From Octopus sinensis (lineage: Eukaryota), in the NCBI RefSeq assembly GCF_006345805.1, contig NC_043024.1, forward strand, positions 15,934,001 to 15,998,000: DNA of 64,000 nucleotides, given 5' to 3'. The position numbers and the translations under genes are program-made. Shown in pieces: positions 11,355 to 24,067 of the stretch (position 1 is its first letter; each line of letters begins with the position of its first letter). A model generated the notes under the pieces. The model had not been told where the DNA came from, searched no databases, and saw nothing but the letters and a program-made list of their open reading frames with translations.

Positions 11355-14300
11355 TGTTATTTTATTACCCATTAAGGGCCAACATAGAGGGGACAATACA
11401 GCATGATCGGGGTCACACATAAACGAATGATACAATAAAACTTTACATGAGTAATGAAAACGAATGGGTTACAATACAATAAATAACAACAGTAAATAAC
11501 AAACAATAATTACAAACAACAGGTTACAAACAATAATATACACGGTGAGATGTTAAAAACGGGTATGCTCCGACCCCGCGAGCCCTGTCTTAAAGACACC
11601 GATCTACTGTAAGTCACACTAGCGTGTTCACGCAGCGCCTTTCACTCCCAAAATGCGTGCTACACGCGTCCATCGTTTTCTAAACTCACTCTGTGACAAA
11701 CACCTCCTTTCCAGCCCCACCTTCCTTTTCAAATGAAAAGCGAACATATTCACGAGGGCGAGGCCGGAGACGCAGGTGTGTATCACTATACCTTTCATTC
11801 TCGACTTCCATATCACCTCTCTCATAATTGCTACTATCACGAGAAAGAAATTCTTACCTTCTTCCGTTGGGAGATGCAGCGGGTTAATTTTTACAATTGG
11901 GCAAGACGGAAAGACGGAAAGACGGAACACGATGACCGATGCGATAAACACATTGGCCACATCTGCCCTCCCTTTCAAGAATAGCCACCGCCAAGACCAG
12001 GTCCTGACTATGCTGGCCACCTTGCTGGAGACCTCAGCCCAGTTCTTTTCTATCTGGAGATCTGGGCCAACCCAAATTCCTAGCAACTTAATCGGGCCCT
12101 CCGTCCAACGTCCTACGATGCTATTCGAAGGCATCGACTTGCCCCTCCAGGTGCCGAGTTGCAAGCCGACCGACTTTTCCCGGTTAACTTTTGCTCCTGC
12201 CACCGTCTCGTAAACCTTAATGGTTTCATCTACTTGCTGCAGATGTCCCATCTTGATCTCGATGATAGTGATGTCGTCCGCGTAGGCTGTAACCGATCCT
12301 CCACCTCCTGGATTCATCGGGATGCCGTTCAGCTTTCTCAGTAATGGCTCTAGGGGCATCACGTACAAAAGCACAGGGAGCGGACACCCTTGGCGAACCA
12401 AACGTTTGATGCAGAACGGCTTTGATAAAAAGCCGTTCACCCGAACGACCAAGTCGATGTTATCGTACACCTAACTATATGATCCACCTGAGAAAACCAA
12501 AACCCAGTCCGAACCGCGCGAGAACAGAAACCAGGTATCGAATGCTTTAGCTTGGTCTAAATGGACCAGTGCCCCGCCCTTGCCAGCTTTTTTGCCATAC
12601 CCTTCTACAGTGTAGCGTATAAGATGAAGATTATCCTGGATGGTTCTGCCGGGGACAGCACACGTTTGAGCCCCTCCAATTAGGCCATCCGTGACACGCG
12701 TCAATCTTTTTGCTAACACTTTGGCCAAAATCATCTCTGCGTTCAGCAGAGTGATGGGCCTAAAATTATCTATATTATCCCCCTTGTCTGAGTCCTTCCT
12801 GACCAGCGTCACAACTCCCCGGTGTACAGATCTGGAGATAAGCCCATTCTGCTGCCAGTTTGTGTAAACGCTAGCCAGTATGTTCCCAAACAAATCTGGC
12901 ATACTTTTATACAGCTCGTAGGGAAGACCATCGAGACCCGGCGCCTTACCACCACCGCAGTCTGCTATGGCCTCAATAATTTCCCTAGTTGTGATCGACC
13001 CTTCACAGCTCTCCGTATCCTGCCCCGAGAGAGCGGCAGGCCGGCGAGGAAGTCCGTAAGGTCCATCCTGCAATCCGGCCCATCGCTTCCCCCGAAAAGC
13101 TGGGCGAAGTGTTCTGGATAGGTCCGACACATCTCCTCGGGTTTGTTTATCAAATCACCTTGCGCATTCACCACAGATCGAATTATGGAATCATTTCCAT
13201 GTTGAGCTTCCACAACCCGTGCCCATCCAGCGGCCTTGATTCCCTCGCTCCAGATTGCACGAAGTCTAGATCTGACTATACACCCCATGTGTTTGGCTTC
13301 GAGGTGCTGGTTTAATTCCAGTCTCTTCACTTTCACCTGGGATGCGTCGCAAGATAACATGGCTTCCTCTAGGGCCTTAACTAATTCTTTTTCTTCCTTA
13401 CGCCCTCTAGCCACTAATCTTATGCTATATCTAATAGACTCAAATTTAATTGCTCTTTTGAGGGCGTACCACCATTTGTTGTTGATAATGAAACCGGTTA
13501 ACACCCTCTGTATTAGTACCTTGATCCGGCTCCTGTACTCCTCAATCGCCAAAAGGGACTTATTTAGTTTCCAGTAGCTGGAACCCTTACTATATATCCT
13601 ATCTAGATTCAGTTTACATGTTACCAACTTGTGGTCACTGTAACTGACCAAGTGGAATTGTGGACGCGTAACTATTTCTTTATCTAATTTTATAATAAAT
13701 ATCCTATCTATGTAAGACCTAAATGACCCGTCGCTATTTGACCATGTCCACAATGGAGCGTTCGGGAATTCTATTCTGTAGGGATTTACTAGCTGAAAGT
13801 GACTTAGTAGATCCTGGAAACCTATGTTCGGTTTTCAATTGGGATTCGAACCGACACTATCTACGCGCGCATCGAGAATAGTGTTGAAGTCTCCTAACAC
13901 AACTAGTGAACGTGACGTGCCTAGAAACTTCTCCAAATCTCGGTAATAATCAGTCTGACTTGAACTAGGTGCATAAACTGCAACCAGCCTGATTTCCTTA
14001 CCACTGAACGTCAAATCTAAAACGACCAGCCTACCTTCTGGATCAGAAAAATCAACTTTTTCTCTGAAACTTGGTTTCTTTTAATTAGGACCAACACCCC
14101 ACTCCGCCACCTGGTAGGCCTGGAGAAGCGAACCTCTCGTAACCATTCAGGAGCGGAGAGCAGATCTCTTGGCCCTTTTAATCAAGTTTCAGTAGCAACA
14201 ATGACATTGTGCCCTGACGTCATTTAGGAAACGTCCTAGTTTCCAGCTCGACGCCAGGCCACGCACATTTATACATCCTACGTGAACAATCATTTAAATG

Positions 14301-16010
14301 ACTTACCTCAGTCGGTGTCTGGAGGCGGAGGGTTATCCGCTTTCTCTTTTTTTCCGGGCTCGCGGTGTCGGGATGATGAGGCCATCATATATATCTCGGT
14401 AATGTCATGTCTGAGAGGGCCTACATCATTTCGAAACTCACTCTGTAACCTGTTATAATTTTTTGGGTCAGTCTTAAAAATAGAAAACCCATCCATACCT
14501 TCAGTTTCTATTTTGGGGGCATGAATTACTGCCACGGGCTTCGCTAGATCTCGATTCGAGCTGCGAACCGCCATGAAATAGTCTTCTACCTCACTTTTCC
14601 TTGGCCTTTTTTTTTACTTGTCATTTTTTTTCTCTTTTTCCTTCTCGGAAAATTTTTCTCTCATGGTTCACCGCTTCCCACCCCTCGCCTGCCTTTGCCT
14701 CTGGTATTGATGTCTGTTCCTTCGGTTTTGCTGTGTTTTCTTCTGTTTCATTTGTCTTTTTCTGATTCCTTGGTCTTGCAGTCCGACCTGAGGTGGCCCT
14801 TTTTTCCACACTGGAAGCATCGAGGTTGGCGACCCTTCACCACGACCACTAATCGGGTCTCACCAACCTCGATAATTTCTGTTATTTCTTCCAGTTTTGC
14901 TCAGTCTGCATAATAATACGAAGGCTCTATCCAAACCAATTACGTGGCTCCATCGCGGCAGCTTCCACTATGCTTATTTTTTTTCTTCCAAACCCATAGT
15001 GACTGCCGCGACGAGCCACTCGGGGTCCACCTCAGGGAGAATATTACTTCTAGTCACTCTCGGTGTTCTTCTGCCCATATATATATACTGGTAGAAGTAC
15101 CAACTCCTCAGTCATTAGTGGGTCGACTGAATAAAGTCGTGGTGCCTTTTCGTACCCCATTCTTACTTCCACGGCGGCATACCAATTTCTTAATTGTCTA
15201 CCGGGGGCCAAACATAGAAATGGACAGAACTGATGGGATCAGTAAAGCGATATGGCTTTACATATAATGTGACTTTAAAAATTTTAATAAAATATTAAAA
15301 AATCGAATGAAATTAACAATACAAAGACAATACAAATGAAGCGATGATCAGACCACGCTCCGACCCCGATCTATCACTGGTACCGTTTTTGCCGGGATTT
15401 TTTTGTTCTTTTTCCACGGCGGCATAGCGCCTACCTCGATTGACCTATTTGACCAAATGCCATATCGGCTTCAAACATTTTTCTATTTCGCTTTCAATTA
15501 CATAATCTATTTTTTTCTTTTACTTTATACATTTTATGGGTGATGGTCTTTTTTTCAATGTCTTGTTGTATTCTTTTGGATGGGCCACTTTAATTTCGTT
15601 CCCCTCCTTTTTTAAAAGTTCTTTGTGTTTTCCTAGGTTATCCACGTTATTCAATTTTACTTTAGTTCCTGCTGCTGCAGCAAAGTCTAATTTTTTTGTT
15701 TTTTTTCTTTTCATTTTTTTTTCATAACTTTCTCCGCTGTATTTAAACTTTCGACTTCAATATTTTTTTCTTGATGTTGATGGTCTCGGTGAGTAAATAT
15801 CCGTTGCGTCTTCAATAAGCACCTTTTCACAAATCTCCTCTTCACTTGTTACTTGTTCACTGTTGGGTTTTCTTGAGCTTGCCATAATGCAAGCCTCCCC
15901 ACACAAATAAAGTTTTCCCAAAAATTGCACTTCAATAATACTATCGCGCTCACCTCCTCGTAAACAACCGCAATAATTCAACAATAATTAACACAACTCG
16001 CACGCGCTGG
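11355..16010 (-). mobile_element. Near full-length Tx1/L1-clade LINE (ORF1 with CCHC knuckle; ORF2 with AP endonuclease and RT), inactivated
   Basis: ORF2 starts at 14293 (MIVHVGCINVRGL), with GDFN, YIDRIF, SDHKLV, KAPGLDG, FRPITLLN, DQAKAFD, QGCPL and YADD motifs; ORF1 has CFQCGKKGHLRSDC near 14800; stops and frameshifts present. Confidence 0.93.
15182..15411 (-). mobile_element. 5'-truncated Tx1-like LINE tail nested in ORF1
   Basis: 15-bp direct repeat TTCCACGGCGGCATA at 15167-15181 and 15412-15426; content resembles the LINE 3' UTR (GGGGTCGGAGC...CTATGTTTGGCCC). Confidence 0.8.
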
Positions 16011-16149
16011 TTAGACTTGGGATCGATTCGCCGGACAAGGATTTTGGATTATTTTTTCCTGCCTCTTTACTTAATTTTTGAGAGCGGTCAGGTTCAATTC
16101 TAGTATTCCTATTTGTGAGAGTAATTGAGTTTATTTCAGATATTCTCAT

Positions 16150-17790
16150 TTAAAAAAATCATCTCCAGCTAAATCGTGGTGAAATGGTAGAAGGAAAGTG
16201 TAAGAGCGGAGAGTACTGGATTGAGTTTGTTATTGTATTTGAAAATTGTAGTTGTTGAACCTGTTGAATTTATATTGTTATCGAAATTCCTTTCTACCCA
16301 TTGTCGGGGATGGAAGCGGGAAGCTACGCTGCGGCAGCGGAAAAAAGCCTGTCTGCCGACACGGTGAGCATGAGGGAAGTTGAAATTAACAAGGAGTTGA
16401 AAAAATATAATACATTATTTAAGAAGGAAGGAGACTGCCTCCGGTTGACACCGCCAGCAGAAGCAGTGCAGAAAGCAGAAAAATAAAAAAATATTTACTG
16501 GACTCTTAACATAGAGTCTAAAAAGTGGAAATAGCCAACACAGAAGAAACTGAAGAGGCGTTAAATGCTATCAAGGATGTGGCCACATTTTACACACGTG
16601 GAAGGAAGTTCGGTAGAGTGGAGGTGCGCTTCGGGAGTAAGGAGGAAGCAAAAAGTACTCCACTGTACTTTTAAGAACTGCAAAGTGAGCACTCTTGCCT
16701 ACCTATTGCAGAAAACGTGCTGCAAGAGTGAGAATAGGGAGAGTGCCCCCGGAGATAGACGAGGCGTGGTTGGTGGTGGCCATTCTCTTCAATTGCGAGG
16801 AGGAGGTTGAGATAATTAAGGTGGAGAGGTCGAGAGAGATCAATTGGTGGAGGTGTGGACTCGAAGTCCTACTTCATATTTCCCTACCAGATCTCCACAT
16901 TATAGTAGAAGAGTTGGTACTCCCCGGTGAGACCTAACTGAGAGTTATGGCGGAAGGGAGGCGCCCAATTTGTTACAACTGTAGGAATAGGGGACACATG
17001 CAAGCAAGGTGTCCCCATAAAAAAGACCGAATACAAACAGAAGTGGAGGAGGTAGCTGTGGAAGAGTCGAAGGTGGAAACAGCGATTGATAGAAAGTGTG
17101 CAAGGATGGAGTCGGCACCAAAAAACAAGAAAAAAAAGAAAGGATGAAGAAGAGTAATGTAGTTGAGGAGGAGGGTTATGGAGAGAGTCGAACCACGGAA
17201 CCAGAGATGTTAATAAGTTATGAGAATGAGGAAACAATTTTACTGGTGGAATATATAGGAGAGAGACAGAGGACAAAGGAAAGGGTGGATGAACTTGACA
17301 GAAGAGACTTGAAAGTAATGATTGCGTATATACAGAATGAAGAGATTGATAAAAAAAAGTTTAAAAAATAAAGAATAAAACCTGGGTGATAATGGGTGAG
17401 AAGTGGTATAGCAAGGACTCAAGAACATTACTAGTGGCAAACAGAAAAGCAGAGATGTTATTGGAATTGTTCGATAAGAAAATAAAAAATACAGAAATGT
17501 ACTTCGAGTACAAAGTCATGCCGAAAACCGTAAAATTCGATGATTTGGTGGCAACACAGATCGATTTTTTTTTTAAAAAGGATGAATTACAATGATACAT
17601 ACATGAACATAAGAACAGTAAAATGGAACTGCGAGCTTGGGGTGGGGTGGGGCTCATAAGCCATTACATTTTTTTTTTCATTCGATTTTATTGTCATACA
17701 CATTTTCATTTATTCGTTTTATGTACCCCACGTTTTGTGTTGTCCGTCTTTGTAATGTCCCCTCTTTTTTAGGCTAATAAAGATAAAACG
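16150..17790 (+). mobile_element. ORF1-only (HAL1-like) non-autonomous Tx1 derivative
   Basis: Decayed ORF1 homologous to the neighbouring LINE ORF1 (TRGRKFGRVEVRF, RVRIGRVPPEIDEAWL, CYNCRNRGHMQARC), followed directly by a LINE-type tail (GTCCCCTCT...GCTAATAAAG); no ORF2. Confidence 0.75.
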
Positions 17791-18268
17791 ACGTTGGTAT
17801 TGCCTTGGCGGAGGTTTGCGCTCTCTGAGTGCTCTTGCTTATATGTGAATCGTTTTGGTTCCTAATGAACCCGCCCAGTTATTCAATATCTAAAAAGTCG
17901 TATGGCTGTGTGGCAAGAACCCTGCTTCTCAACCATATAGTTCTGAGTTCAGTCGCACTGCGTGGCACCTTGGGCAAGTGTCTTCTACTATAGCCTAGGG
18001 CCGATTAAATCCTTGTGAGTGGATTTGGTAGACGGAAACTGAAAGAAGCCCGTCGTATATATATATACGCGTCTGACCACTGTCCGAAGTCAGGACGCCA
18101 TGATAGATCGTTAGCTCCTACACGCATTTTTTTCTCTCCTTGTTTCTCTCCTTGTTTTTTCCGTGTATCTTTCTGTCGAAGAGCGTAGGCTCGAAACGTA
18201 AAATACTTTTTCTATTCCTGAGCGCTATACTAATACATTTATTTGTTTGTACTCCACCTGCCTTCATC

Positions 18269-18636
18269 TGGTCATTTTGCCAGTTTAGCCAATAAAACAC
18301 ACGCACTATATATATTTGTTGTTACTGTGCTTCAGCGTTATTTATTTTTTACATTAATCTTAATCTTATTTCCGCCAGAGTTCTTTCGTCACACTCCTGT
18401 GACCGCATCAGTGGTCCTTTGTTTTCTTCTTTCTTATTTGTGTGTCTCTCCTTACTAATGGTCAGCCATTTTGTATTTTGTATTCCTAGGACCACTGATG
18501 AGGTCACAGGAGTGTGACGAAAGAACTCTGGCCGAAATAAGATTAAGATTAATGTAAAAAATAAATAACGCTGAAGCAAAGTAACACCAAATATGTAGTG
18601 CGTGTGTTTTTATTGGCTAAACTGGCAAAATGACCA
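18269..18636. repeat. 150-bp inverted repeat carrying mirrored hammerhead-like motifs (Penelope remnant)
   Basis: 18269-18419 is approximately the reverse complement of 18487-18636; core CTGATGA-G-GTCAC(aggagt)GTGAC-GAAAG-AA-CTC at 18495-18528. Confidence 0.8.
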
Positions 18637-18728
18637 TTCCTAAATACAACACTATGTTTCAACACACGATTTCACATGAAAAAATCTTGCAAAAGAAATA
18701 TATAAACGTATATATATATATATCTCGC

Positions 18729-18985
18729 GAAGGACCTGAGAGACCTGCATGAGGTGGGTGTAGGTGTCTTCAAAATAAAGCTGGACCTCTTCCTGTCAGC
18801 TGTCCCAGATGAACCAACTTCGCGGCAGGAGGTGCAGATGAGGGCAGCTGCATCAAACTCTCTCATGCACCAAATATCAATTCCTAAAAAGCATTCGTGA
18901 AGTAAAATTATGTAGCAACATCAAATGGCGGTGCCCCACCATGGCCGCAGCTCGTGAGCTGAAACTAGATAAAATAAAAATAAAG
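18729..18985 (+). mobile_element. 3' fragment of a CR1/L2-like LINE
   Basis: KDLRDLHEVGVGVFKIKLDLFLSAVPDEP C-terminal coding; tail GGCGGTGCCCCACCATGGCCGCAGCTCGTGAGCTGAAACTAG then A-rich. Confidence 0.7.
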
Positions 18986-19224
18986 AAATTATATTTATGA
19001 CGAGCTTCTTTCGGTTTCCATCTACCGAAGTTACGCACCAAGTTTTGGTCATCCCGAGGCTATAGCGAAAGACACTTGTCCAAGGGGCCACTCAGGGTCA
19101 ATCTAGAATGACGTGGACGGGAAATTTCTTACTACAGAGCCACGACCGCGCCTATATTGTCCAGATATTTTAACAGCAAAATCTTATACGAACCCCTCAA
19201 CGGTCACTAGTCTATATTATTGAA

Positions 19225-19630
19225 GGATCTTTTCGGTTTGACCGGCAGTTTTTTTTAAATAATTTCCACGTAACTAAACACTTTTAAACTTCGTATACTG
19301 GTAGAATGTGTTTATAAAACATCTTTTTCTCTTGGCTTTCTTGAGAAAATTCTATGGTTTGTTAGATATTTGTTGTCTTCAATTTCTGCAATTTCAACCA
19401 ATCACTGACGTCTATTGAGATGAAAACATTCTGTGCCGTATGAATATGATTGGGTTTATTTATATTTCTGAAGAAAAAAGATACCCTTCCCCCACCCCTA
19501 ACCCTAACTAACCCTAACTCTAACCCTAAAACAGATTGAAATGCAATAGATCGATACTAGGGTCATAATTATGGGTGACAATTTCACATGACACTGCTAG
19601 AAAAAACTGCCGTTCAAACCGAAAAGATCT
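19225..19630. mobile_element. Non-autonomous DNA transposon (MITE) with about 30-bp TIRs, 8-bp TSD and internal (CCCTAA)-like repeats
   Basis: GGATCTTTTCGGTTTGACCGGCAGTTTTTT / AAAAAACTGCCGTTCAAACCGAAAAGATCT; TTATTGAA at 19217-19224 and 19631-19638. Confidence 0.85.
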
Positions 19631-21038
19631 TTATTGAATATTTCTTTGAAAAAAAAACGATTATTTCAATTTCAAGGAGATTTGACTGTTATTTCTAGCA
19701 GGCCGAACATCCATATAGAAGCCACCATATCAGCTTCTTTAACTACCGACCTACTAATTTTCAATTGTTCATACGCTTCGTCTCATTCGATACCTTGACC
19801 CCATTGTTTGTTTTGTCTGTCCTCGTATCGCCCCCCCCCCTCTTTTTCTCAACCTCATGGTTAATAAAGAAATTGACCTACTTATCCTCATCACTTTACG
19901 TCCTCTTTCCCATACCCTGTGTTGACTTTTTCTCAACAACACCACTACCAGCTATGCTTTGGCTTATATCAAAAGGCACATCACTGTTTGAAGAGACGGT
20001 AGTGTTATTTGCAACAGTGGCACACACAATACTCTACTTCTGCAGCAAAGCAAATTACTTCAACCGCAACATTTTCTTCAAAAGTTCGGCTATTTTGGTG
20101 TACGAACCAACACCCAAGTAAATGGCAATTGTATATCAATCATAGCAATTGAGCAAACCATTGTAGCAACTAGCACGGTGTTGGCATTATGAAGTGCAAC
20201 ATTTTTCAGCGGCAGACGACATTTCGGAGGTTGATTATTACTCTATTCAGAACATTTTTTTGGCAATCAACCGTATCACTCGACACTATTCTAGCTTAAC
20301 TTTTATTGAGGGTGCACTGTCGTGAAATGCCTTTATGCATACTTATATGCATGTGAGTGTGTGGGTGTGTGTATACCTTACAATAGAAAGATCACTGCTG
20401 ACCTCAATTGCATATCTCAAGTTTATTGCATAAAAACACATTTACATTCCTTCAATATTGCTGCAGACTTGCTCGTATATGCATACACAGACACAAATGC
20501 ACTCAATATAAAAAAAAACATAAAGAAAAAATTATGAGAAAAAAGTGTGAACTTCTTGTGTTTAGAAATAAAGAAAAAGAAGGAAAACCTGTTTAAATCA
20601 TGTCCAAATGTAACCACTCAACTTTGGGGTTCGAGTGGGCATTACGCCTCATTTTATCATTATTCATAATTTCATTCGTTTCTTTTATTTTTTTCTTTCT
20701 CACTTGATTGCCTTTTTGTATTTTTATTCCCCCGATTTTATGTTTTGTATTTGTCATTGTGCTGTGTAACATCTTTATTTAGCCCCTTGGTGGTAATTTA
20801 AAAAAAGGAGACAGAGAACGGCCATTTGGAATATCGTACGTTGAGTCAAGACTATCGTGGATAACACTATATAATTGGCCCTTCTATTTAGAACTATGAC
20901 TAGAAATTGGTTTGTTTGAACCAGGATTTACTGGTCATACATAACAATCAAAGAAACAAATTTCTGAAAAATACACAATTGGAGAAGTTGCTGAGCAGGC
21001 TATAGAGAAAGGACGTGGGAAAGGATTTGTGAAAGGAC

Positions 21039-22165
21039 GTGTCCGATATGAAAAGATACTTGAAATCTGACAGATTGAATGTAAACCCAAATTCCACAAA
21101 TACAGATAAAACTTTTAATCACTGGTTTAGAACTTTCACCAACTTTATAGACTCACTACTCGGGCAAGAAGGTAGGATTAGCGATAAACTTTTGATTATG
21201 TGGAACGGAACGTATACGAACTCATCAGTGAAGCTAAGAACTACGAACAAGCTGTGAATACACTAAAGAGTGTGTACATTCAACCAAAGAACATCGTAAT
21301 GGCACGCCATCTTTTAACCACAAGAAAACAGAAACCAGGGGAATCTCTAGACCAGTTCTTAAACGAACTCAAAATATTAGCGAAAGACTGTGACTTTGTT
21401 GCACTGAGTGCTGAGCAGTACCGGTCTGAAATGATTCGAGATGCATTTATAAATGGGTTCACTTCGAATCAAATTCGAATCAAATATTAAAAAACAAAAG
21501 TGTTGACCTCAGTACAGGTTATGAGCGAGCACGTTCACTAGATGTGGCGCAAAAGAGTTCCAGTGTATATCTAAACTCTGAGGGTGCCAACTTCAGTCCA
21601 ACTGCACCCTTTGTAGCTAAGCCAATAGATTCCGCAAAGCTGGAAGGAAAACACTCTGCCGCGACCCGAAAAAGGAGACCCCTTCCCAATGTTGGTTTTG
21701 TAGCTATTCCAGAGACCGGCGGACTCACTGCCCTGCACAGAAAGCAGTCTGTCACAAATGCCAAAAAAATAGGGCATTTTGGAAAATTATGTAGGAGCAA
21801 CGCAGCAACTGTAACACAGGATGATGGTAAATATGATTTGCCATTGGCAGTATGAGCTTCAACAGGCTCACCCTTCTGAGTAATCTTTATGGTTATACTG
21901 AACAATAGCTGCAAAGCCGAAGCATTAATTAATAGCGGTAGCACTGAGAAGAGCTTCATCAGTGAGAAGCTAGTGAACATACTCAACATCAAGACGGTCA
22001 AATTGAAGAACGTCATGGTATGGCTTCTGCATCTCTTTCTGCGGAATCCAAGGGATACTGCACTGTTTCACTAACCCAGAATAATCAGAAATACTATCAT
22101 GTGAAACTGTACGTGCTCAGAAACTTGTGCACTGACCTCATTCTGGGTACTAACTTCCAAGAACG
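21039..22165 (+). mobile_element. Ty3/gypsy gag-protease fragment
   Basis: RHLLTTRKQKPGESLDQFLNELKILAKDCDF, frameshifted CxxCxxxGHxxxxC knuckle, ALINSGST (degenerate DSG). Confidence 0.85.
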
Positions 22166-22544
22166 TCTGTATTGATTTCCCAGAACTTATAAGCTTTTTT
22201 GTATTTCCTCACTTCTGCTGTCTGCTTTTCTGGTAGTAACACACACACATGTGCCACCCTGCTATGTTCGTATATCCTTTTCTATCGACAAATTTTGCCG
22301 TCTTCCAATCTGTTACTTTCCGAATTAGTTCCCTATTCTCCTTGTCCGTCGACATACAAACGTAATTTAATTCACGGGGAGGGGAATTCTTTGTACTTTG
22401 TTGTGATTGCATTTCTTTTTCCTTTTTGGATCGTGTAGGAGTGAGATGGGTGGGTTCGGTGCCTGTAGGGTGAGGGTGGGTCTGAGAGGGTATGGGTCAG
22501 GTGGGTAAGGTTTGGAATTCCACATCACACTCTTTCAGTGAGTG

Positions 22545-23930
22545 AATGAATTTCTTTATTGCCTATAAGGGCATTCTTAGAAGATACAAAAGGAGGGGCC
22601 TGGGACAAACAAAGGACAGTCTTACAGGGGAAGGGGTAGTGGTGTTGGGGTTACAAACATGAAAACTGTGATGAAAAACTGTATGAGTTAAAAAATTTTA
22701 ATGAATAAAAAATACTGAAATATATATTTTCCGGGTTTATTTTTAACCCGCCAATTTGGAACCATTGTCTTTTTTCTCCTTTTTGGGAGTGCAAGAAAAC
22801 GTTTTCTTCCCTCTCCGTTTGACCGACTATACCAGCATTCATACTCAACTCCCTTACATTTGTCCATCTTTTTTCATACACGCTAAGAGGCAGGTACTTT
22901 CTCTCCAGACGGATCTTCCTTAAAAGGTGGAAGTTGAACCAACTTACCAACCCTTGTCCGGAGATTAAGTGGCCTGCCCCAGTCCCTTTTGCACGTGTCC
23001 TCCACACTCTCTTTCAGTATGGCCACTACGCAGAAAAAGGTTGCCTTCCTTTCCTTGTTCAGGAAGGGAGGCGGTACAATCTTAACTATGGTCTCAATCG
23101 AGAGCTGTACTCCTTCCACATCCGACATCAGTTGTTCGACATAGACTATCAACCCCTTCAACTCCCCCACGGTGTACGAAGACATGCGTGACAGTTTCAC
23201 TGACGCGCCCGCACCTCGAACATGTGGGGGGGGGGTGTTGAAACCGTGTCTACAACCTCTCTCGAACCGGTAAGACCGATCAGTAGCACAACCAAGCCAA
23301 GGATTTCTGGAAATTATCCATATGCCTCGGCCCGAATGTCCTTCCGAACAGGTTGGCCAGTTGTTCGTCATCAAAGCCTAGAGTCTCCCACAGGACGTCA
23401 TCGGACTTAAACTCTACCAACCCTCTATAGAAATCCGCAGTGGTAACCTCGCTGCCGGTATTGCTCGCTCGGGCAGCAGATAGGGCGCTTCATAAGTGGT
23501 GATTTCCCCTTCCACAAAAAGCGGAAAAGGATCCGTTCCAGCTCGGTCAGTCACAAACCAGGGCCAGGCACGACGGTCAGGCGGTAGGTTATCACATGCT
23601 ATAAACACCTGTGCAACCTCAGTCCTCCCTGGGTTATGGCCGTCACCTTACTCGTTACCTCACTCCAGTTCTTCTCCACCTGAAGATCTGATGTAAACTA
23701 GATTCCGAGCAATTTAACCGGGCCCTCCGTCCAGCGTCCGACGACGCTGTTGGGAGGCATCGACTTGCCACGCCAGGTGCCGAGTTGCAAGCCGACTGAT
23801 TTTTCCCGGTTAATTTTTGCCCCTGCCACCGCTTCGTATCCTTTGATGGCGTCTTCTACACGAGGTAACTACCCTTCATCAGATACGGTGATGGTAACAT
23901 TATCCGCATATGCCGTCGCACTTCTACCAT
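22545..23930 (-). mobile_element. 5'-truncated Tx1-like LINE
   Basis: AYADNV, GAKINREKSVGLQLGTWRG, CSRCGRVSETVTHVF C-terminal motif; tail TGTCCTTTGTTTGTCCC...GGCAATAAAG. Confidence 0.85.
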
Positions 23931-24067
23931 AACATAGATCTGGCCATCAAATTGAAAAGATCCCGATTCTGCCAGTTCGCTGCCTTCAGATAGGAAAATA
24001 ATGATTTGTATTTTCCTCCTCCTTCTCCGTTTGACCGGCTACACCAGCACGGCCCCATTCATACTCG

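Noticed and set aside
19765-20300. Possible piggyBac-like transposase remnant
   Set aside because: Only vague motif resemblance, no consistent frame or TIRs.
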